A DNA stretch of 63,454 bases, the filler included, from Octopus bimaculoides (taxonomy: Eukaryota): the NCBI RefSeq assembly GCF_001194135.2. It is 8 parts of 7 records of this genome, joined end to end, with 100 filler letters (N's around TTAATTAATTAA, not from the genome) between each part and the next. Parts side by side here need not be neighbours in the genome. Positions count along the whole stretch, not along the records: positions 1 to 12,921 come from NC_068994.1; 7 more parts are not named here. One strand, given 5' to 3'. The notes below the pieces were generated by a model, which saw only the letters and a list, made by a program, of their open reading frames with translations, did not search any database and was not told the origin of the DNA. Of the stretch, positions 1 to 12,921 are shown in pieces (positions within the stretch are counted from its first letter, which is position 1; the number at the start of each line of letters is the position of its first letter). Both the position numbers and the translations under genes were made by a program.

Positions 1-374
1 ACAACATGGTCCCGGGTTTAGTCCCACTGCGTGGCATCTTGGGCAAGTGTCTTCTACTATAGCCTCGGGCCGACCAAAGCCTTGTGAGTGGATTTGGTAG
101 ACGGAAACTGAAAGAAGCCTGTCGTATATATGTATATATATATGTATGTGTGTATGTGTTTGTATGTCTGTGTTTTTCCCCCCAACATCGCTTGACAACT
201 GATGCTGGTGTGTTTATGTCCCCGTAACTTAGCGGTTCGGCAAAAGAGACCGATAGAATAAGTACTAGGCTTCCAAAGAATAAGTCCTGGGGTCGATTTG
301 CTCGACTAAAGGCGGTGCTCCAGCATGGCCACAGTCAAAAAGACTGAAACAAGTAAAAGAGAGTAAAAGAGAGT
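1..374 (+). mobile_element. tRNA-derived SINE family A (5' end cut by window)
   Basis: B-box-like head (ggtttagtccc), body gggcaagtgtcttctactatagcctcgggccgaccaaagccttgtgagtgg, internal TA/TG tract, (GAGTAAAAGA)n tail. Body recurs at about 12758, 27924, 29824, 38750, 40520 and 62115. Confidence 0.85.
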
Positions 375-445
375 AAAAGAGAGTATGTATATATATGCAT
401 ATATATATATGTTTGTATTATGTGTGTATATATATACATATACAC

Positions 446-492
<47 letters not shown>

Positions 493-799
493 CATATGTT
501 TGTATGTATGTGTATATGAATGTAAGAATATATGTATATATGTGTGTATACACACATGCATGCCCGCATATCCTTAATTCATCTGCTACAACGGATCACA
601 GTATCTGGGGCTATAAAAATCTGCCAATTCTTTCTTAAGATTCAAAAAGATGATGGCTGAAACCAAATCCTTTCAGAACCCTTTTACCAATTTGGTGACC
701 AGTCAAAATTTACTCTTGAACTTAAAAAGGGAAAGAGAACAACATACATAAATGCACAGGTATGTTCGTACGTACATACATACATACATACATACATAC

Positions 800-1016
800 A
801 CTGGAACTGTAAAAATCTGTAAAACTTTCCAAAAGTTTATCATTTAAATATATATGAGCATGTTTTGATATGCAACTATATGCATGAGAATACATACATA
901 AAGCAAAACATACAAATCTGCACATACATACATATATCCATACATACATGCAAATAAAAATACCCTGTTGTTCTTTCTCTGTTGGCAAGAAATCTTGAAA
1001 TAAACTGAATAATGAC
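800..1016 (+). mobile_element. RLE LINE family CATA: 5'-truncated 3' end with internal UTR deletion
   Basis: Encodes the last residues TGTVKICKTFQKFII* and a 3' UTR matching 7572-7800 (-) and 14670-14958 (+). (CATA)n on both sides. Confidence 0.85.
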
Positions 1017-1176
1017 ATATATACATATATACATACATACACACATACACACGCACACACATATGTATTTAAACATACATATTAATATACATATAGAGGG
1101 CAGAAGAAAATCAACTGCGATTATCATAAGGAGTTAGGGTTACGTAATAATGCAAGAAATGCGCGGGTTCGTTCTC

Positions 1177-1730
1177 AATAAATGCCCTGATGCAGTACCG
1201 GGCAGTGGCTCTAATGGTTTCTCATCTTAACTGATTGGAAGTGTTATCATGTACATCGTTTTGTCTTGGTATAAAAGATGGGTTGCAGCAAATATTCAGC
1301 TCACTACCATAGATTTGCTTGTCAGTTGTTTGAACTTAACCAGTTGAGCATGTCTCTTGGTGGCTGATGATATGTACACCCCTAATCATGAGCAGAAGAA
1401 GTGGGGGAGAATCATAGCCATGTGTTGACAGGAATTCTTTGGGGTTTGGATAATTTACCTTTGGAAACATGGATATCTGCAAACAGCCCTTATTCAGGGA
1501 GCTTTTGAGCGCGATGGGCTACTCAACTTGAAAAAAGTTCTAATTGGGCCTCACCTGCAAGGTAATACGCTGTTCATCTTGCTATGAGAACACCATGTCT
1601 CGCACATAGGATTTTCATGTATGTCCCTGATATATGTCCCTTATCAGACGGATAGTCATGATGGGTATACTGGGCTTCGTATATTTTACCCCAGTGTCAC
1701 TTTAATGGTATGCACAACTCTCTCACTCAA
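1177..1730 (+). mobile_element. Non-coding retroposon-like repeat ending in an (AAT)n tail
   Basis: Ends ctctctcactc-aataataat. No convincing ORF. Sits at the head of an (AAT)n-linked LINE stack. Confidence 0.5.
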
Positions 1731-1775
1731 TAATAATACTGATATTAATAAGAATAATAATAATTACATCTCACT

Positions 1776-2381
1776 CCTCCGGAACTACACCATTCAAACT
1801 GATAGAAAGATAGATGCGAATAGGCCAGCCATTATACTGAAAGACTTCAGACAAAAATCATGCCTTCTCATTGATATGACTGTTCCAATCGACATAAACG
1901 CATCTGTCAAGACCTACCAAAAACTGAGCAAGTATAAAGATCTTGAAATAGAAATTGGCAAAATGTGGAACCTCAAAACTAAAACAGTACCTGTTGTCAT
2001 AAGTGTCCTAGGAATGACAGAAAAAGGGGCTGATTCCTATCCAGCTCAGATACCAGGAAACCCCAAAATGGCAGAAATTCAAAAGATAGTGCTCATGGGA
2101 ACTGCCCATATCCTATGTAAAATACTGTCTATGGAATCTCAAAGTTTAAAACAAACTTGTAATTTTCTTATGTTTCCTTAAACATTCTCTGGAACAATAT
2201 TATGTGCAAAACCAAATATATGACACCCTAGGCATAACACCAACATGAACTTCTAACTTGTTGTCTTTTGAGGTCTCTGGGTGAGGTCTTTAGGTCTTTT
2301 GAGGACTTGGAGTCAACTTGTACGAATACAAAGCGAAAGTCAAACATACAACAACAACAATAATAAAAATAATAATAATAA
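1776..2381 (+). mobile_element. RLE (R4/Dong-like) LINE 3' fragment, endonuclease domain
   Basis: IQTDRKIDANRPAIILKD..KSCLLIDMTVP.D.N..K.Y.KL.KY.DL..E...W....VPVVI..LG is a PD-(D/E)xK RLE domain. Followed by a 3' UTR and a (CAA)(TAA)n tail. Confidence 0.9.
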
Positions 2382-2382
2382 T

Positions 2383-2720
2383 TTGAAGCCATGAAAATGC
2401 AGGGAACCTTAAAAGTGAATGAAGCCGTAGATCCAGCACAGTTTAAGAATGACCAAAGAGAGCAGATGAAAGAAATTTGGCAGGACAAGAAAATGCAGAG
2501 TCAGTTCTTGAAGAATAAAAATGGGATTGATTGGAATAGAACCTGGCAATGGCTGCAGAAATGAGACTTAAAAGGGCTCAGCGAGGCATTAGAGTGCAGC
2601 GCTCAAGAACAAGCTCTCGGAACAAACTACTGCAAATATCACATTGATAAAAACACTGACTCGCCGCAGTGTGGGATGTGCTCTGAGAAAGGAGAAAGTA
2701 TGAGTGAGTGCTGTAGGTTG
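2383..2720 (+). mobile_element. RLE LINE fragment from a different family, linker/CCHC region
   Basis: WQDKKMQSQF..TWQWLQK*DLKGLSEAL.CSAQEQAL.TNY..YHID.....QCGMC matches the R4-type pre-knuckle motif. One in-frame stop. Confidence 0.8.
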
Positions 2721-3015
2721 GCACACTGCCATCGATTGTCATGCCGCTGGTGGAGGAAACATAGGACAATTATGTCTGTATGTCTCCGTAACTTAGCAAG
2801 GTGATGCCCCAGCATGGCCGCAGTTTAATGACTGAAACAAGAGAAAGAGATAAAAGCTGTATGTATATAGACTTGTTATACATATATATATATATATATA
2901 CNNNNNNNNNNNNNNNNNNNNNNNNNNNNNNNNNNNNNNNNNNNNNNNNNNNNNNNNNNNNNNNNNNNNNNNNNNNNNNNNNNNNNNNNNNNNNNNNNNN
3001 NNNNNNNNNNNNNNN

Positions 3016-3217
3016 TTCCACAAATCACATGTCTCTGAAGATCACAGTCAATATTCCTGAGACGATTAGAGTGTAGTCCGCAGGGCATCGGGTAGATCCT
3101 CTTCCTGGGTTCATTTCTTCAGGCGATATAACGTTGATGCTCAAGGATACTACGGACTACACTGTAATCATCCCAGAAATAGGAACTGTGATCTTCAGAG
3201 ACATGCGACTTGTGGAA
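3016..3217. repeat. About 200-bp imperfect foldback (MITE-like)
   Basis: Arm 3016-3089 (ttccacaaatcacatgtctctgaagatcacag...gtgtagtccgcag) is the imperfect reverse complement of 3136-3217. Left end abuts a gap. Confidence 0.85.
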
Positions 3218-3655
3218 ACGCGCGTAGCGATGCATTCAGTGTTTATAAATTCTATTCACGGATTATTGTTATTATTATTATTATATTTATCCTACATAAT
3301 ATCGGTACAGATCGATTCAACCCCCATTAATTGTTCACCAATCAGCATCAATAGAATGTGGCCGACATCATAATGGAATAGGATTTTACTTGCATATTCA
3401 AAACGTTTCCCGTTAACAAATTTAAAAGATGTGTGTGTGTGTGTGTGTGTAATATATATTACATACACACACACACACATATATATATGTATGAATGTAC
3501 GTATGTATGCATGCATTCTGGAGATATAGTCACTCCGTTTAATTACTTATTTTACACAAAGATTGGTGAAAGCTCTAATCTTTTAATTAGTTATAGTGGA
3601 CTCTCAGTAAATATGTTTATTAATTAGAAGAATTATGATATGCCCTGTAAGGTAA

Positions 3656-3747
<92 letters not shown>

Positions 3748-4359
3748 TAGAATGTCTAAACGTCGACATAAATGTCTGCGTATATGATATAAACTTGATT
3801 ATTTAATATGTAAATAATGAAGACACACGTAGAGGAAAGTTAGAATTTATTGTTTCCATTCTTATTACAAGTATATACACATACATGTGTGTGTGTGTAT
3901 CTATCTATCTATCTATCTATCTACACGCACACTTACACACACGCACGCACGCACACACACATACACACACACACACATACACATAAGTATTGAAGATAAA
4001 ATGTATGAAAGACAACGGTGAATAGAGAATATATTCACTCAAGCTGTTGGAAATAGCAGCCAAATCACGCGCAGCCTTCTTGCAAAGAGAGTATACGTTG
4101 AACAATTGAGTTCTAGATAATCCTAAAAAGAAAGCATTACCACACTTGAATTTCTGCGATTAGGGCGACCGTATCTGACCGAGGGCTAAAGCTAAACAAC
4201 AACAATAAGTTCCAGTAAAATCTCAGACAAACCGTGGAAGGTTAACTTTACGTTGTTTATTGTGTATTATTTATATGTATGTGTGTGTGAAAGAGAGAGA
4301 GGGAGAGAGAGTGAAAGAGAAAGTGAAAGGGGAAAGTGAGAGTGCGAGAGAGAGGTAGA

Positions 4360-4560
4360 AGAAGGCGAGTAGAATCGTTGATTTGTAAGAAAATGGTTTT
4401 GCGGTATTTCTTCTGGCTCTTTACGTTTTGAGTTCGAATCCAGCCAAGCTCAGCTGAGTCCCTTCCTCCCTCCAGGACCGATAAAATAAAGTACCGGTCA
4501 ATGGAATAGACTAACCCATACCTCCTCAAATTTGCCGTCCTGTTGCTTAATGACGAAATT
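4360..4560 (+). mobile_element. SINE family B, degenerate
   Basis: aaggcgagtagaatcgtt...ttgagttcgaatcc...gataaaataaagtaccggtc matches the other family B copies. Confidence 0.6.
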
Positions 4561-4904
4561 TGAAAACAATTTGAAACAATATATATATAGATATATAGAT
4601 ATATAGATAGATAGATAGATAGATATAACGAAGTAAAGTTGGGGGTCACCGTACGAGTAAAAATATAAGGAAAAGAATCTGAAAATGCAGGTGTCTTTTA
4701 AAAGTATTTAACTTAACCGGTTTCACTTATTTAAAAAGATGTTCAAAAGTAAAATGTGAGGTTTTGTGTATCTGCTGTGATGTCAAAAATTAGTTTTACA
4801 AAAATGTATTCAAATTAAGTGAAAGTCTTCGGCAAAAATAGTTTACATAAAAACATTCAAATCCATTACAAAGGATACACAGATAAAGCAAACTCTTCCA
4901 CTTA

Positions 4905-5480
4905 ATCTAGGTCTTGTGTCACAGTGACATCAATGCGCTGCCTACCTGGTGGTTTCATGTGGATTGTCGTCTTTGGTTGTTTGATCTTGAAGCAAACCAA
5001 AGAGTGACTCGCGTCGTAGTCTGAACTTTGGAAGCATCGGCTCATGAACACATTTCCCAAATGGCATCATCTTGTAATTACCATGTCTAATTGGTGCCAA
5101 TGTTTGTGTTGGATTTTATCTTGGAAGTAAGTGTTGGTAACACTCAGTCCACGGAGTCTGCAAAACTGAAGCACTCTTTGTTTTCTTTGATACTGCTAAT
5201 CCCATGTTACCCCAGGCAGCTTAGCCCTGGAGTCGTGATCAGCACGCACTCTGCTGTTGAAGAAGCTGCTCCTGGATTAACGGTTTACGAATTACCTCTG
5301 AGAGTTGGCCATAGAATTCGTCCTTTGTATTTTGTGTAGAGAAGAAGATTGGAGCATGGACATATTGACAAGGGTGACACTCGTTGTATTGAGTCGAATT
5401 GAGAAAATCTGCTCGGATCTTCTCTCGCCATGCTACACCGTCTTTAACAGCTTCTCACAGAAAGACCAACACCATACCTT
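4905..5480 (-). mobile_element. RTE-type LINE fossil, APE endonuclease
   Basis: Frameshifted pieces YVHAP..STQNTKDEFYGQLSEVI, VLQFCRLRGLSVTNTYFQDK.QHK, HWHQLDMVITR and SSDYDASHSLV. Confidence 0.85.
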
Positions 5481-5569
5481 TTAGTCTCATCTAAGTAAAA
5501 TGGTGTAGTCTCCCTCCTGTAGAGTTTCTTTCTCCTGTAGCTTTGTGATTTCCACTTGAAATTTTAACA

Positions 5570-6570
5570 GACCGTTTATCATTTTCATGGACGGCCATTT
5601 TCAAACAGATGACCACTCTTGTCCAGGCGCTACTGAAAACACGAAGCAACGGAATCGCAAACATCAAGGTACATCTCGACCGGTATTACTGCGCATTCTC
5701 GCTCAATTGCTGCCTTCAATTTGCCGACAGTTTCTAGTTTTGTGGCGTAAACTTTAAGTATTCCCATAAAAAAAGTTTCATAGTGTGAAATACGGTGAAC
5801 GCGGAGTGTATTCTACAGAATCTCTTCCCCCAATCCACCCGTTGGGCAAAATCTCCCTAATCCACCCGTTGTTATGGTACATTGTTATGATAGTGTAGGA
5901 CTCTTGAATACTTGGCATGACAGACTGTAGCAGCAAATTCAAGTAAATGGGAGATAGAAAAAAATGGTCTAATTAATCTTTTTGATGCTAAGCCGCGCTA
6001 TTCATGATAAATTAGCATAATGTTCCTCCGTAATATCAGGATTCTCATGTTCTCACAAGATGTAAATGTGGCAATTTATTGGAACCATTCCATTTGAATG
6101 TAATCTCATCACTCCAAACGATCTTTGCTGGAAAGTGTGCATCTCCTACACATCTTACCAAGTACCGCATGTAAAACTCTACCCTTCAGTCTGGATAATC
6201 TTCATTGAAAGCATGGACTATACTTGGAATATAACGAATGACAGCTCTTCAAAATGCAAAAGAGGCTTCCTATTTCACAACTCCATTGCCACACAGATTC
6301 TCTCGAACGCTAGCAATTTATTTGTATTATTTCTTGCTTTGTGAGATCTTTGTCCGTTTCTTCCGGAACGTTTCTTGTGCGCAATCTCAATAGTTCCGTT
6401 TGCTTCAACATTATCTTTAATTCGAATAATGGCAAGTCGCGTTGGTGGTTCTGTTTGAATTTACTTCATAAACAATATTTGCATTTCGATTACGTTTTTA
6501 AACTTTCAGTAGCACTTCTGGGAAATTTTTCTTCTTGCAAAATTCACTCCGACCCGCTTCGTAGTCAAAT
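5570..6570 (-). pseudogene. Tc1/mariner transposase fossil
   Basis: TEPPTRLAIIRIKD..EANGTI....KRSGR (HTH), HAFNEDYPD*RVEF...[12 protein letters not shown] (first catalytic D), and C-terminal LK.YATK.ETV..LKAAIERECA.IP.EM...GH.FE. Multiple stops and frameshifts. Confidence 0.85.
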
Positions 6571-6605
6571 CTAAACAGAAAATTGAGTTATTAGCGGTCA
6601 CTTTT

Positions 6606-6830
6606 GGAAGACTGATGAAGCTATAGGGAGATACACAAGCATTCAGCCATGAATGCAGTGAATCTTATAGCAGAAACGGCTGTAAGCTAATGAAGTACTT
6701 GACGTTATTCCTTATTCCATTGTCATTCTAACTTCTTATTATTGCTCTGTACTCAACTGACACTTTGTTCTGAAGCATATGTACACTGAGTTCTAACACC
6801 AGGTTATTATTATCAAGATGTCTTTGGACA
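6606..6830 (+). mobile_element. Hammerhead-bearing dispersed repeat (Penelope-terminal or retrozyme-like), copy 1
   Basis: About 220 bp align with the reverse complement of 58560-58790. No ORF. Confidence 0.7.
6612..6688 (+). ncRNA. Second copy of the hammerhead-like motif (stem I 5' strand damaged)
   Basis: CTGATGA(6612-6618)-A-GCTATAG...GCATTCA gcca TGAATGC...TTATAGC-A-GAAAC ggct GTA-AGCT. Homologous to 58701-58781. Confidence 0.55.
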
Positions 6831-7571
6831 AATTCCTTCAAGAAATCTTGGATAAACCTCCTACATACGGATATGTCTCCGTAAACAATAACTCTCTACT
6901 TGAGTGGGCCATGTTGCCCGAATCCTGATTTGAATACTTCGCCAGGTGGTGCTATTAAGTTAGACATGGCCTGGGCCAATACTGGCCGAAACGTATCAAA
7001 GTATATATATANNNNNNNNNNNNNNNNNNNNNNNNNNNNNNNNNNNNNNNNNNNNNNNNNNNNNNNNNNNNNNNNNNNNNNNNNNNNNNNNNNNNNNNNN
7101 NNNNNNNNNNNNNNNNNNNNNNNNNNNNNNNNNNNNNNNNNNNNNNNNNNNNNNNNNNNNNNNNNNNNNNNNNNNNNNNNNNNNNNNNNNNNNNNNNNNN
7201 NNNNNNNNNNNNNNNNNNNNNNNNNNNNNNNNNNNNNNNNNNNNNNNNNNNNNNNNNNNNNNNNNNNNNNNNNNNNNNNNNNNNNNNNNNNNNNNNNNNN
7301 NNNNNNNNNNNNNNNNNNNNNNNNNNNNNNNNNNNNNNNNNNNNNNNNNNNNNNNNNNNNNNNNNNNNNNNNNNNNNNNNNNNNNNNNNNNNNNNNNNNN
7401 NNNNNNNNNNNNNNNNNNNNNNNNNNNNNNNNNNNNNNNNNNNNNNNNNNNNNNNNNNNNNNNNNNNNNNNNNNNNNNNNNNNNNNNNNNNNNNNNNNNN
7501 NNNTATAAGTGCATATTTAGATAAATACATACACATATATGTATGTGCGTATATGTATGTATGTATGTATG

Positions 7572-8231
7572 TCATAGTTCAGATTTATTTCAAAATTTCT
7601 TGCCAATAGAGAAAGAGCCAATTTCTAACTTAGATTCAAGGCTCCTTCATTGGAATTTCAACATCAAAAACAGGGTATTTATTTATGTCTGTCTGTATGT
7701 ATGTATGTATGTATGTATATGTGCAGATTTGTATGTTTTGCTTTATGTATGTATTCTCATGAATACAGTTGCATATCTAGACATGCTCATATATATTTAA
7801 ATGATGAACTTCTGGAAAGTTTTACAGATTTTTACAGTTCCAGTGATGGATCGGATCTGTAGTCTTCGAATCAGCTTCCTCCTTTCTGGATTTGAGAAGT
7901 CTAATTTCTCAAGATTGGTATTTAGGCAGTGTGTTACATATCCCAGAGCCCCAATAATCACAGGTATAAACCTGAACTTATAATCTGGATAGAGTAACTG
8001 CAGATTTCTCAATAGTTCAGCGTAGGTGTTCTCTTTTTCACTGATCTTCAGCTTTATGTTAACATCCTTTGGGCAGCTAATTTCCACAGCTGTGCACAGT
8101 TCCTCTTCTCTATCCCAAATCACTATGTCAGGTCTGTTGTGCTGACATTTTATTGAGGTTTCCACTGGGACATTCCACCAGTATTCCTTTTTGTCATGAG
8201 TGGCTATGGCTTCCACCACACTGTGGGTTCT
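7572..8231 (-). mobile_element. RLE LINE family CATA: 5'-truncated copy with intact endonuclease frame
   Basis: YWWNVPVETSIKCQHNRPDIVIWD...C..VEISCP.DVN...K.SEK.N.Y..L.......FIPVIIGALG...TGTVKICKTFQKFII*. (CATA)n on both flanks (7543-7572 and 8232-8268). Confidence 0.92.
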
Positions 8232-8239
8232 TATGTATG

Positions 8240-8271
<32 letters not shown>

Positions 8272-8419
8272 GTTAGACGGATGGATGAATGGGTGGTTGT
8301 TTTAAGCTTATTACTAAGAAACAAGTTTAAGAATAACAATAGAAAATTTATTGTTTGGGTCACTCAATACTTTGAGTAAAGTCAAGTTTATTCTAAAGGT
8401 CGTACTGGCAGGGATAAAG

Positions 8420-8560
8420 GCCGAAGCTTCTTCCAGAGTCATAGAGACTCATAAGGTCGGTTTCTTGATTTCTGCGGTGTATATATTCCCCCTGGACAGG
8501 ACCCAGTCTGTCGCAAGGTTACTCACTTTTGCCAGCTGGTCCGGAAATCCAGTACAACAA
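8420..8560 (-). mobile_element. SINE family D, 3' half
   Basis: ttactcacttttgccagctg and its flanks are shared with 53560-53790. Confidence 0.6.
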
Positions 8561-8573
8561 CCTAACGACTGGG

Positions 8574-8632
<59 letters not shown>

Positions 8633-8749
8633 CATAGATATTCATAAATACACACACATATATATACAAGTACATATATATATATACATATATATATATA
8701 TACATTTATATACATAGATATTCATAAATACACACACATATATATACAA

Positions 8750-8842
<93 letters not shown>

Positions 8843-9028
8843 CACATATATACATACATATATATTCATGTATATACGAATATACACGTATATACATATA
8901 TAAAAACATATACGTATGTACCCATAAGTGCATTAAATGAGTACAGATACGCGCCCACGCACAAACACTCACACACACACTCACACATACACACACGCAC
9001 ATACACACACACTCACGCACACACATAT

Positions 9029-9061
<33 letters not shown>

Positions 9062-9136
9062 ATATATATATGTGTGTATACATATTCACACATGCATACA
9101 AACATAGAACACTTTCTCTCTTTCTCTCTCTGTGTG

Positions 9137-9206
<70 letters not shown>

Positions 9207-9211
<5 letters not shown>

Positions 9212-9439
9212 TGGGTGAAAAGTCACCCCGATCATTTCAAAATACAATAACCTTTTTATTTATTAAATATTCGCATTTATTCTTTTATGAACAATAACTA
9301 TAATTTTGGGGAAATATTTTAGAATATTTTTGAAAATTACGTTCTCCGTCCGACTGGCCATTTTGTCAATAATCTGAAAGAAAAAGGAATAATTGTAATA
9401 TTTTATTTTAAAATGGCCCAGTGACTTTAGGCCACCCTG
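9207..9439. mobile_element. Tc1/mariner-type MITE (degenerate left TIR)
   Basis: Right TIR tttaaaatggcccagtgactttaggccaccctg. Left end gagcgtgggtgaaaagtcaccccgatcatttcaaaata is a diverged inverse. Confidence 0.6.
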
Positions 9440-9557
9440 TGTATAAGAACACACACACACACACCTCTACATTAAAGACGTTCACATAAATATGTAGATA
9501 TTGTGTTGTGTGTGTTTGTGTGCGTGTGTATATGAATGCGATGCATGTATATACATA

Positions 9558-9747
9558 GAGGGTGACCCAAAAGTAGGTTTACAAAAGTAAATACCCGTCT
9601 TACAAACTGAAAAGAGAGCTTGACAAAATTAACTAAATTAGCATAGAATAATGGTTTCATATTTTTTTTTATAATTAAGTTCTAAACTGTTAATATATGA
9701 ATGCGAAAGTGATAGTTGAATAATTGTAAACCTACTCTTGGGCCACC

Positions 9748-9750
<3 letters not shown>
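9558..9750. mobile_element. Tc1/mariner-type MITE
   Basis: 26-bp TIRs gagggtgacccaaaagtaggtttaca / tgtaaacctactcttgggccaccctg, with TA on both sides. Confidence 0.85.
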
Positions 9751-9833
<83 letters not shown>

Positions 9834-10834
9834 TACTGATATATATATATATATATATATACAAACATACATACTTATGCATATATATACATGTATATAT
9901 GTTCGTTCCATTTTCTATCATTTACGCATGTATGTGTATATGTGTATGCATGTATGTACTTCTGTATGTATATCTGTGTGTACGTGTATGTATTTCCGAA
10001 TGTGTGGGTGGATGTCTTCATAGAGAAATCACAGCTGCGTGCCAAATTCTATCTCCGGTGTATATAATACGCATATTACTTTAACAGACCTTAAACTGCC
10101 GGCGTATATAAGCACACCGATCTGTATATACATACTCATATATAATTACCCATTAATATATATATAGCGACACGCATTTTAATTACTTGCCAACGTCACA
10201 TGCATACACACACGCACTAACCTATATATACGTACGCTACATATATACATAAATATATATATATACGTATTCATACATACACACATATATATATATGTAT
10301 ATATGTATTTGTATATGCATGTATGTGCACATATATGTATGTATATATGTGTGTATGTGCGAATATAGATATAGAGATTTTGTACTTATATTAATTACAC
10401 ACACGCGCGCGCACACCCTTACAGGAAAAGCTTAGCCGTCACTGACAAGGGAATATGACTCGCTTCCTCGCAATGCGTTTCGCTAATTGTTTTATGTGGT
10501 TGCCTACCCACAAGTAGATATCGACTCCCTCTCGGCGGCTTTGCTAGCCTTCATTCAATGGTGGCACATCAAGGTTGTGAGAAATTAGAGAGTGAAAAGG
10601 CTGGTACTCGTTTTGAATTGTGTGAGGCTGGGTCAATGTGGGGTGAAGAAAGTTGCTCAAGGGCATTGCACGCTTCTCGATTCCGTGACCTTATGATCGC
10701 GCCTTCACAAAACGAATGAAACTGTGTGTAAAATATAGCGTATACAACCATCAGGAACAACCTACGGCACCCGGGACATTGTGAATAGCACATATAATGA
10801 AAAAACGCCTTCAATATTTTCCATAATTCAGTGT

Positions 10835-11050
10835 GACGAGCTGGCAGAATCGTTACTGCGCTGGAAAAAATGCTTTGCAGCATTTCTTCTGTTTTCATGT
10901 TCCGAGTTCAAAATCCGCCTAGGTCGACATTGCTTTCCATTTTTTTCAGAGTCGATAAATTAAGTGCCATTTGAGCACTGGGATCGATATAATTGACTTA
11001 ATCCTGCGTCTGCCAAAATTGCTGGCTTTGAGACAAATTCTGAAATCACT
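10835..11050 (+). mobile_element. SINE family B
   Basis: gacgagctggcagaatcgtta...ttccgagttcaaaatccgcctaggtcgac...gagcactgggatcgat...aaattgctggctttg. Confidence 0.8.
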
Positions 11051-11587
11051 ATTTTTAGCCGTGCGCGTTGTCCGATGATGAGCCATGTCTCATGCGACCC
11101 GCTTCTCGGAAAAGGTGGCGCATCCCGTGTGTACAGTATAATATGTTACAGAGTATAAAATATTGAGGTGGATGTTGGTGACAATGTCTGTGGATTTAAG
11201 CGAATTCAATTTGTTTGATTTGAGGCTGAGATATGAAGACGAACGTTGTAGGATCTTTCCTATTTGGGAGAAGAACGAAGCTGAGAAGTGGAGTTGTTAT
11301 TGGTGCCGCCGTTGTTGAGTAATTCACCGCTCAGGTCATCCTGATCCAACTCTCACATGTCAATCAATACCTTAGGTTACATTGGGTACCTTACCGTACA
11401 TTCATTAGGGATCCCTTCTTTTATTAAAGACAGCAGACGGTGATTTGAAGAAACTTTAACTGCTGTTTGCAGCAATCATCGAATATTCTATATGTGGCTA
11501 AGCAGACAACAATGGATATACATTTCTATATAGAAATATGTATGCACGTATGTATGTATGTATGTATGTATTGTGATGTTCCTATGG

Positions 11588-11666
11588 CAGTGGTTCCCAG
11601 CCTGAGGTCCGCGGACCCCTGGTGGTCCGCAAAAGTGGTACAGGGTGTCCGTGAACTAAATTCAAA

Positions 11667-11714
<48 letters not shown>

Positions 11715-11780
11715 CATAAGGATAAACATATTAAAAGAGGTCCGTAGGAGAGCTCGGTTGAATAAAAGGGCTGGGAACTG
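11588..11780. mobile_element. hAT (Charlie-like) MITE
   Basis: TIR cagtggttcccagcc / gggctgggaactg and a perfect 8-bp TSD TCCTATGG at 11580-11587 and 11781-11788. Confidence 0.9.
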
Positions 11781-11897
11781 TCCTATGGTGCTAGTAATTT
11801 CTAGAGGAAAATAGGGAGTTTACAGTAGATTGGAATGACACCTGAATAACTGATATGGAAACAATCCTGCGTAGGACGTCTCCAAGACGTCCCAAAT

Positions 11898-11989
<92 letters not shown>

Positions 11990-12171
11990 CACACATATAT
12001 ATAATGAAAACTATCCGAGGAACGGGAACGTGAAACTCTGGGTAGCACTTTTTGGTGATATTTTTCTCATGTCTTTGCAGTTTTATTAATAAAGCAGATT
12101 ACTCTACCTCCAGTATTCCAGTACTATTTTTTTTCCCACCTTGTTTCACATTTTATGTCCTTACTCGTGTG

Positions 12172-12220
<49 letters not shown>

Positions 12221-12714
12221 TCATACATATACATACATATATAACATAAATAATACATAAATATATGCATATATCCATACATATATGTACACACACACAA
12301 ACATATATATACATTTTCACATATATACATATATAAACGTGTGTGTATATATATAGGGAGGCAGAGAGAGAGAGTAGTTATGTATGTGTGTGTATGTATG
12401 TATATATATATATATATATTGTATACTTAAAGATGAAAGACCGTATTTTGGAATAAAAGCTATTCATTCGAGAAATAAATAGCAGAGCGTCCATTGTTAC
12501 ATTTCTGTTCAAATTGTCAGGCTGCATTTGTTCGGTTTTAATGTGTTTGGCTGTATATCTGTCTATCTGTTCGCTGGTCTCGAATAATACCGGAGATTGC
12601 TTATTATGTGTCATTTAAGATGTTACAAACACACACACATGCATACACACACACACACAGGCACATACATAATGTGTGTGTGTATGTGTATATAAATATG
12701 TGCTTATATACATA

Positions 12715-12757
<43 letters not shown>

Positions 12758-12759
<2 letters not shown>

Positions 12760-12921
12760 CGCAGGAGTGACTGTGTGGTAAGAAGCGGGCTTCCCAACCA
12801 CATGGTATCCGGGTTCAGTCCCACTGCGTGGCACCTTGGGCAAGTGTCTTCTACTATAACCTCAAGCCAACCAAAGCCTTGTGAGTGGATTTGATAGACG
12901 GAAACTGAAAGAAGCCCGATG
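12758..12921 (+). mobile_element. SINE family A, 5' half
   Basis: ggcgcaggagtgactgtgtggtaag (A-box-like), gggttcagtccc (B-box-like), and the family A body. Runs into a linker gap. Confidence 0.85.

Noticed and set aside
10569-10730. FHSFCEGA...EACNALEQL as a C8 continuation
   Set aside because: Wrong Cys spacing, no terminal YxxxC, and the frame extends from a SINE B.
11872-11890. 8-bp hairpin ggacgtct cca agacgtcc
   Set aside because: Isolated, and within chance expectation.
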